From contig CAYJEJ010000001.1 in assembly GCA_964369315.1 (NCBI GenBank), positions 4,091-68,090 on the forward strand: 64,000 nt of DNA. Direction: 5' to 3'. The notes beneath the pieces were generated by a model. That model made no database searches, was not told the DNA's origin, and saw nothing but the letters and a program-made list of their open reading frames with translations. The position numbers and the translations under genes were made by a program. Below are positions 57,394-64,000 of this stretch, in pieces (the first letter of the stretch is position 1; each line of letters begins with the position of its first letter). The stretch comes from an uncultured Alphaproteobacteria bacterium (lineage in GTDB: Bacteria; Pseudomonadota; Alphaproteobacteria; UBA3830; JAIRWN01).

Positions 57394-57501
57394 ATGAAAA
57401 GCTCCCGCAATAAGAGGCAAGTTAAATAAATTTATAGTGATTAAAGCAGAAAGATATTTTAGAAATAATGAGAGGTGTTTTTTGCAAAATTTATAATTCA
57501 T
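57325..57501 (-). CDS. 58-aa ORF whose last 22 codons duplicate the C-terminus of the 606-aa ORF
   Basis: Encodes MNYKFCKKHLSLFLKYLSALITINLFNLPLIAGAFH-KVYLKDPNKQFLTNIVVEYDGI*. The 606-aa ORF ends ...KVYLKDPNKQFLTNKVVEYGGL*. Below the ORF-track cutoff, and coding status is uncertain. Confidence 0.35.
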   Translation of the reverse strand: MNYKFCKKHLSLFLKYLSALITINLFNLPLIAGAFHKVYLKDPNKQFLTNIVVEYDGI

Positions 57502-57830
57502 ATTTATAATTAAACGTTCTATGTAATATAAAGCTAATATATAATATTATGGTGATGATAACAACACCCAAACGGTTGATTATTCTATGGTGGGGGTCAG
57601 GTGTATAATGGTGAGCGAGAGCTTGTTCGTATGAAGTTTCCTTCCCTTAAAGCCCCTAGAAGATGCAGTATGGGATGTAGACCCAACGTCATTATGCCGG
57701 TTTTCAAAGCAAGTGAATTTTTGTTGAGGAGGCTATTTTTTAGAGCTGTTTTTTCGGTTCTTCTTTCATAATGCTATTTCACTGCTATTAATTCTAAGTC
57801 ACCTCTGGAAAGAGCCCAGTATTTTTATGC

Positions 57831-60251
<2,421 letters not shown>

Positions 60252-60290
60252 TTAACAGATGATGAGGTTAAAAGGAAGAGAAACCTGAAC

Positions 60291-60376
60291 TGGTGCCCGT
60301 GGAGGGACTTGAACCCCCACGACCTATTGGTCAACAGATTTTAAGTCTGCAGCGTCTACCATTCCGCCACACGGGC
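60291..60376 (-). tRNA. tRNA-Leu (anticodon UAA)
   Basis: The reverse complement is GCCCGTGTGGCGGAATGGTAGACGC...GCAGA-CTTAAAA-TCTGT...long variable arm...GGTTCAAGTCC...CACGGGCACCA. Confidence 0.93.
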
Positions 60377-60530
60377 AACTTAAACACGAGTGAACACACT
60401 CAAGCAAAACATACTACCATGTGCGTCCTTAAGCAAGTAATTTTAGAATATTTTTTATTCATGTTTTTTATTGAGGACTGTCTGCCCATGGGGGGGTTAA
60501 CAAATTAATTATTATCACAAACATAAATCA

Positions 60531-61262
60531 TCAATCATCGCAGTAGAGGTTTGAGAGGGCGATTAGGGTGATGGCGGCGGTTTCAGCACGGAGGATGTTT
60601 TTCCCGAGGGAGCAGGGTTTGATGAAGTCATGCTTTTTAAGTAACATCTGCTCGTTTTGTGAAAACCCTCCCTCTGCCCCCACGATAAAGGCGAGTTTGC
60701 TGTGATTTTTTAGCGATTTCAGTATTGAGAGGGGGGTATGCCCCTCTGGGATTCTTTCAAGTGCTAGGATTATGGGGATTGTCCTGTCCCAATCATCGAG
60801 GAGCTTCGGGAGGGTTTGCGGTTCATGTAGGTTGGGTAGGTCAAGCCTCTCCGATTGTTGGACGGCGGATATGATATGGTGTTTTTGTTTTTCGATATTA
60901 ATTTTTGAACTAGTAAACTCGGTTATCACAGGCATCAGGTGATGAACGCCGAGCTCGACGGTCTTTTCTATTAATATATCGCTCCTGTGCGGTTTGAGTG
61001 GCGAGAATATGAGGGTGATTTCTCGTTCTGCTTTAGCGGGGGCTGGTCTGGTCTGGTGCAGGCATTCTGTAATGATGCATCTTTTATCAAGGGAGGTTAT
61101 CACGCAACGCCACTCGCCGTCCTGTTGGTTGAAGAGGTTGATGTGACAGCCAATCTGAAATCTCAGCACTTTGGCTAAATAATGATGCAGGTCACCGGTG
61201 ATATCAAGCGATTTTCCTTGAGATAGCTGGGATTTGATATAAAATCTTTTAATTTGAGACAT
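60531..61262 (-). CDS. rsmE: 16S rRNA (uracil1498-N3)-methyltransferase RsmE
   Basis: 243 aa. RFYIKSQL... N-terminus, PUA-like domain, and C-terminal ...FIVGAEGGFSQNE...SLGKNILRAETAAI. Confidence 0.88.
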   Translation of the reverse strand: MSQIKRFYIKSQLSQGKSLDITGDLHHYLAKVLRFQIGCHINLFNQQDGEWRCVITSLDKRCIITECLHQTRPAPAKAEREITLIFSPLKPHRSDILIEKTVELGVHHLMPVITEFTSSKINIEKQKHHIISAVQQSERLDLPNLHEPQTLPKLLDDWDRTIPIILALERIPEGHTPLSILKSLKNHSKLAFIVGAEGGFSQNEQMLLKKHDFIKPCSLGKNILRAETAAITLIALSNLYCDD

Positions 61263-61362
61263 ATGTTATAAAATGATATTAAATAAATTTTATAATAATC
61301 AGTTGATTTCTGATAGAGGTATAAATATTTTATTATAAGTAAGTTTGGAGATAGAAAAAATT

Positions 61363-61683
61363 ATGAAAGAAATTATCAGCACTGACTTCGCACAAGAAGT
61401 CGAACAATCAACGGGTTATGTCTTGGTTGACTTTGCTGCTCAGTGGTGTCCACCATGCAGAGCAATGATTCCAATTTTGGAAGAGGTGGAAAAAGAGTTT
61501 GAAGGGAAGTTAAAATTTTTTAAATTAGACATAGATAAATCCGGCGATATCGCTGAGAATTTGAGTGTGACCAGCATTCCCACCTTGATTTTGTTCAAAG
61601 GTGGTGAGCAATGTGCTGTGTTAGTAGGGGCACAGTCGAAGACCCAAATCGTCCAGTGGTTAAACAGTTCAATTGGCGGATAG
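61363..61683 (+). CDS. trxA: thioredoxin (active site WCPPC)
   Basis: ATG at 61363 with GGAG upstream (the ORF is open from 61345). VLVDFAAQWCPPCRAMIP...IPTLILFKGG. Confidence 0.88.
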   Translation: MKEIISTDFAQEVEQSTGYVLVDFAAQWCPPCRAMIPILEEVEKEFEGKLKFFKLDIDKSGDIAENLSVTSIPTLILFKGGEQCAVLVGAQSKTQIVQWLNSSIGG

Positions 61684-61737
61684 ATTTTTTTGATAAAGCC
61701 TATAGCGAAAAATTTTATCTAAATATTCAAACCAGAT

Positions 61738-62493
61738 TTATTCAGCCGTCTTGAGTGAAGGGTCTTCTTCATTTGTGCGAGCTTTAGTTAACTCGTGCCA
61801 TTGTGATAGCGTGATTATTTTATAGCCCTTGGTTTGAATCATTTCTATTATTTTTGGCAGGGCTTTTATCGTGTTTTGCCGATATCCATGTTCGTGTAGA
61901 AGTATGATAGCTCCGTTGTGGAGATTTTTTTCTATATGTTTGACCAACTCATCTGGCGAAAGCCCTTTAAAGTCATCTGAACACAAAGACCAAGATATGG
62001 GCTTCAAACCAAGTTGATTCGCACATTCAATCACATAATCATTGAGCGAGAGATATGGGGGACGAAACCATTCAGACCGAACACCAAATTTTGCGAGGAT
62101 ATTTTGAGCCGAGGTGATTTCTTCTTTAATTTTTTCATTGGGGAGTTTTTTTAAGCTAGCATGAGAATAGGAATGATTGGCGAGCTCATGCCCAGAATCA
62201 ATTAACAATTTAGTTAACTCAGGGTTTTTTTCTATTAAAGAGCCGACCAAGAAGAATGTCGCTTTAACGTCATATTTGTTTAATATTTTTATTATTTTTG
62301 CTGTAGAGTTTTCAAACGGTCCATCGTCAAACGTCAAGACAACAACCTTTTGCTCTTTAGGGATGTTTTTGTTCAACATTTGAATGTTAGCCATGTGAAA
62401 AAAGTTGATTTTTTCTGCTTTGGTGGGCACAAATGCGTTAAACAAGCACAAAATAAAAATATAAGAAAGTTTTTTCATAAAATTATCAACCAT
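61738..62493 (-). CDS. polysaccharide deacetylase (NodB-homology, CE4) with signal peptide
   Basis: TFDDGP motif and HSYSH motif. Probable start is MKKLSYIFILCLF at 62478. Confidence 0.85.
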   Translation of the reverse strand: MVDNFMKKLSYIFILCLFNAFVPTKAEKINFFHMANIQMLNKNIPKEQKVVVLTFDDGPFENSTAKIIKILNKYDVKATFFLVGSLIEKNPELTKLLIDSGHELANHSYSHASLKKLPNEKIKEEITSAQNILAKFGVRSEWFRPPYLSLNDYVIECANQLGLKPISWSLCSDDFKGLSPDELVKHIEKNLHNGAIILLHEHGYRQNTIKALPKIIEMIQTKGYKIITLSQWHELTKARTNEEDPSLKTAE

Positions 62494-62571
62494 CTATTAA
62501 TCACACATAATCCAAGCTCTGGCGTGATGATATATTGTAAAATCAGTTTAGTCATTATTTATTATCAACAA

Positions 62572-63570
62572 TTATAACTTCCAATTAGGGTTGGGCTTAA
62601 AGCTGAGCTGCTCGTCAAAGCCGTTTGTGAGGTGTTCAACCCCTGCCCAAGCTATCATCGCGGCGTTGTCCGTGCATAATTTGATTGGTGGGGCAATAAA
62701 GTTTTTGCCGTGTTTTTTGCAGATGCTCCTCAGCGTTTTGCAAATCTCAACATTTGCCCCCACTCCGCCGCCAATGACAAAGGTTTGGATATGATTAAAT
62801 TGGGCGTCTTTTAATATTTGTTCGCATTTATCCGCCACAATATCGCAAACTGTTTTTTGAAAAGAGGCACACACGTCTCGTTTGTCTTGCTCACTTAAAG
62901 GTTCAAGCTTTTCTATTGCCAGTCTAACAGCTGTTTTTAGCCCAGAGAAAGAGAAATCTTTTTTCGACTTCAATGGTTTCGGGAATTTTAGGCGATTTGG
63001 GTCGCCATTTTTCGCAAACTGTTCGATAATTACGCCGCCAACAGGCGAAAGGTCGAGCATCTTAGCCACCTTATCAAAAGATTCGCCTATCGCATCGTCA
63101 ATAGTCCTGCCTATGGTCGAATATCTGCCCAATGCTTCGACTAGCATTGTTTGGCAGTGCCCCCCAGAGGTTAAAAATAAGATATATGGGTATTGCACGT
63201 TATCGGTAAGCCGAGCTGTTAGTGCGTGCCCCTCTAAGTGGTTTATTGGGATATATGGGATAGAAAGTGATAAAGAGAGCATTTTTGCAAAACTTGTTGC
63301 GACAATAAGCCCCCCAATGAGCCCAGGTCCAGCCGTTGCGGCAATGGCGTCGATATCATTGATTTTTATGCCAGAGGTTTTAAGAGCTGCTTGTATTACA
63401 GGATAAATTTTCTCGCTGTGTGCTCTGGCTGCGATTTCGGGCACCACCCCGCCATAAAGCATGTGGGTTTCAATCTGAGAGTATATAACGTTTGCTAATA
63501 TCTCTTTCTTGTCATTGACTATGGCAACGGCAGTGTCGTCGCAACTAGATTCTATTCCTAGGATATTCAT
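62572..63570 (-). CDS. tsaD: tRNA N6-adenosine threonylcarbamoyltransferase TsaD
   Basis: 332 aa. ILGIESSCDDTAVAIV, HLEGHAL, GGVGAN and CTDNAAMIAWAG. Confidence 0.95.
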   Translation of the reverse strand: MNILGIESSCDDTAVAIVNDKKEILANVIYSQIETHMLYGGVVPEIAARAHSEKIYPVIQAALKTSGIKINDIDAIAATAGPGLIGGLIVATSFAKMLSLSLSIPYIPINHLEGHALTARLTDNVQYPYILFLTSGGHCQTMLVEALGRYSTIGRTIDDAIGESFDKVAKMLDLSPVGGVIIEQFAKNGDPNRLKFPKPLKSKKDFSFSGLKTAVRLAIEKLEPLSEQDKRDVCASFQKTVCDIVADKCEQILKDAQFNHIQTFVIGGGVGANVEICKTLRSICKKHGKNFIAPPIKLCTDNAAMIAWAGVEHLTNGFDEQLSFKPNPNWKL

Positions 63571-63662
63571 AATATTACTTTACTTTATCTGGTATTATGC
63601 AAAAATAGGTGGCTTAGTTAAAGTGTTTTTTGAGTAAATTTTATATCTTCACGTAGTTTATA

Positions 63663-64000
63663 ATGTCGGTCATCCACATATTTTTCATAATATTCTTGTT
63701 ATTTTTGGTTGTGTTTTCGGGGTTTTTTTCTGGTTCAGAGACTGCTCTTACAGGTGCGTCAAAAACACATTTGCATCAACTAGGTAAAGGTGGTCACAAA
63801 AAAGCGAAGCTTGTTCAGGCTCTGCAGTCGAAGTTGTCGAATTCTATTAGCACGATATTAATCACCAACCAAATGACCAATCATGTGATAACCACGATTT
63901 CTACGTGGCTTGCGATTGATATGTTTGGCGAGAGCAAAATCCCAGCGGTTGCTTTGTTTGTGGGCATGCTGGTGATTGTTTATGCCGAGATTCTGCCAAA
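63663..64000 (+). CDS. CNNM/DUF21-domain hemolysin-like protein (TlyC/CorC family), N-terminal part (runs off the window)
   Basis: Not in the ORF track because it is edge-truncated. ATG at 63663 gives MSVIHIFFIIFLLFLVVFSGFFSGSETALTGASK..., the DUF21 transmembrane N-terminus (FSGSETA motif). Confidence 0.75.
   Translation, partial: MSVIHIFFIIFLLFLVVFSGFFSGSETALTGASKTHLHQLGKGGHKKAKLVQALQSKLSNSISTILITNQMTNHVITTISTWLAIDMFGESKIPAVALFVGMLVIVYAEILP

Noticed and set aside
57588-57640. GGGGGTCAGGTG segment resembling the SRP (4.5S) RNA GUCAGGUCCGGAAGG core
   Set aside because: The conserved GGAA tetraloop and the symmetric-loop partner sequence are absent, and no convincing long helix can be drawn.

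Overview
All calls come from reading the sequence and ORF translations by eye. No searches were run, so every family assignment rests on motifs. The window is an AT-rich bacterial chromosome segment. Gene content and order look alphaproteobacterial: rph/hrcA/grpE, gatCAB, tsaB-rimI, kdsD-lptA-lptB, tamA-tamB, a 17-kDa-antigen/SlyB-like lipoprotein and an M16 peptidase. Long poly(A) tracts inside genes and a queuine-salvage-type yhhQ-tgt pair suggest a host-associated Rickettsiales/Holosporales-like lineage, but that is inference. I call about 65 protein genes and 3 tRNAs (Leu-CAA, Gly-GCC, Leu-UAA). I saw no rRNA, CRISPR array or transposase. Most of the window is densely packed housekeeping: rlmE, plsX, rpmF, tatD, tgt, hemW, rph, hrcA, grpE, ychF, secG, alaS, recA, comM, smpB, dapA, tsaC, lptB, kdsD, tal, xerC/D, gatCAB, phaB/phaC-like, folD, xseB, gyrB, rsmE, trxA and tsaD. 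Five loci stand out. (1) An AT-rich island lies between secG and alaS (22.3-27.9 kb). It carries a C5-methyltransferase/endonuclease pair and a 1,741-bp tandem duplication. The duplication encodes two signal-peptide-bearing kinase-fold proteins with nucleotide-identical ends and a swapped, diverged catalytic core, and it contains relic copies of the alaS 3' end. (2) A translationally coupled trio at 50.4-52.8 kb encodes an isochorismatase-like hydrolase, a CxxC-less thioredoxin-reductase-like flavoprotein and a truncated RlmN/Cfr-like radical SAM enzyme. (3) A locus at 52.9-57.5 kb holds an orphan lipoprotein secretin, a polytopic membrane protein and a ~600-aa ORF with distinct codon usage. 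That ORF is bracketed by 158-170-bp direct repeats that create chimeric ORF ends. (4) tamB is split by a frameshift at an A9 tract. (5) The TGT has an altered substrate-pocket motif.
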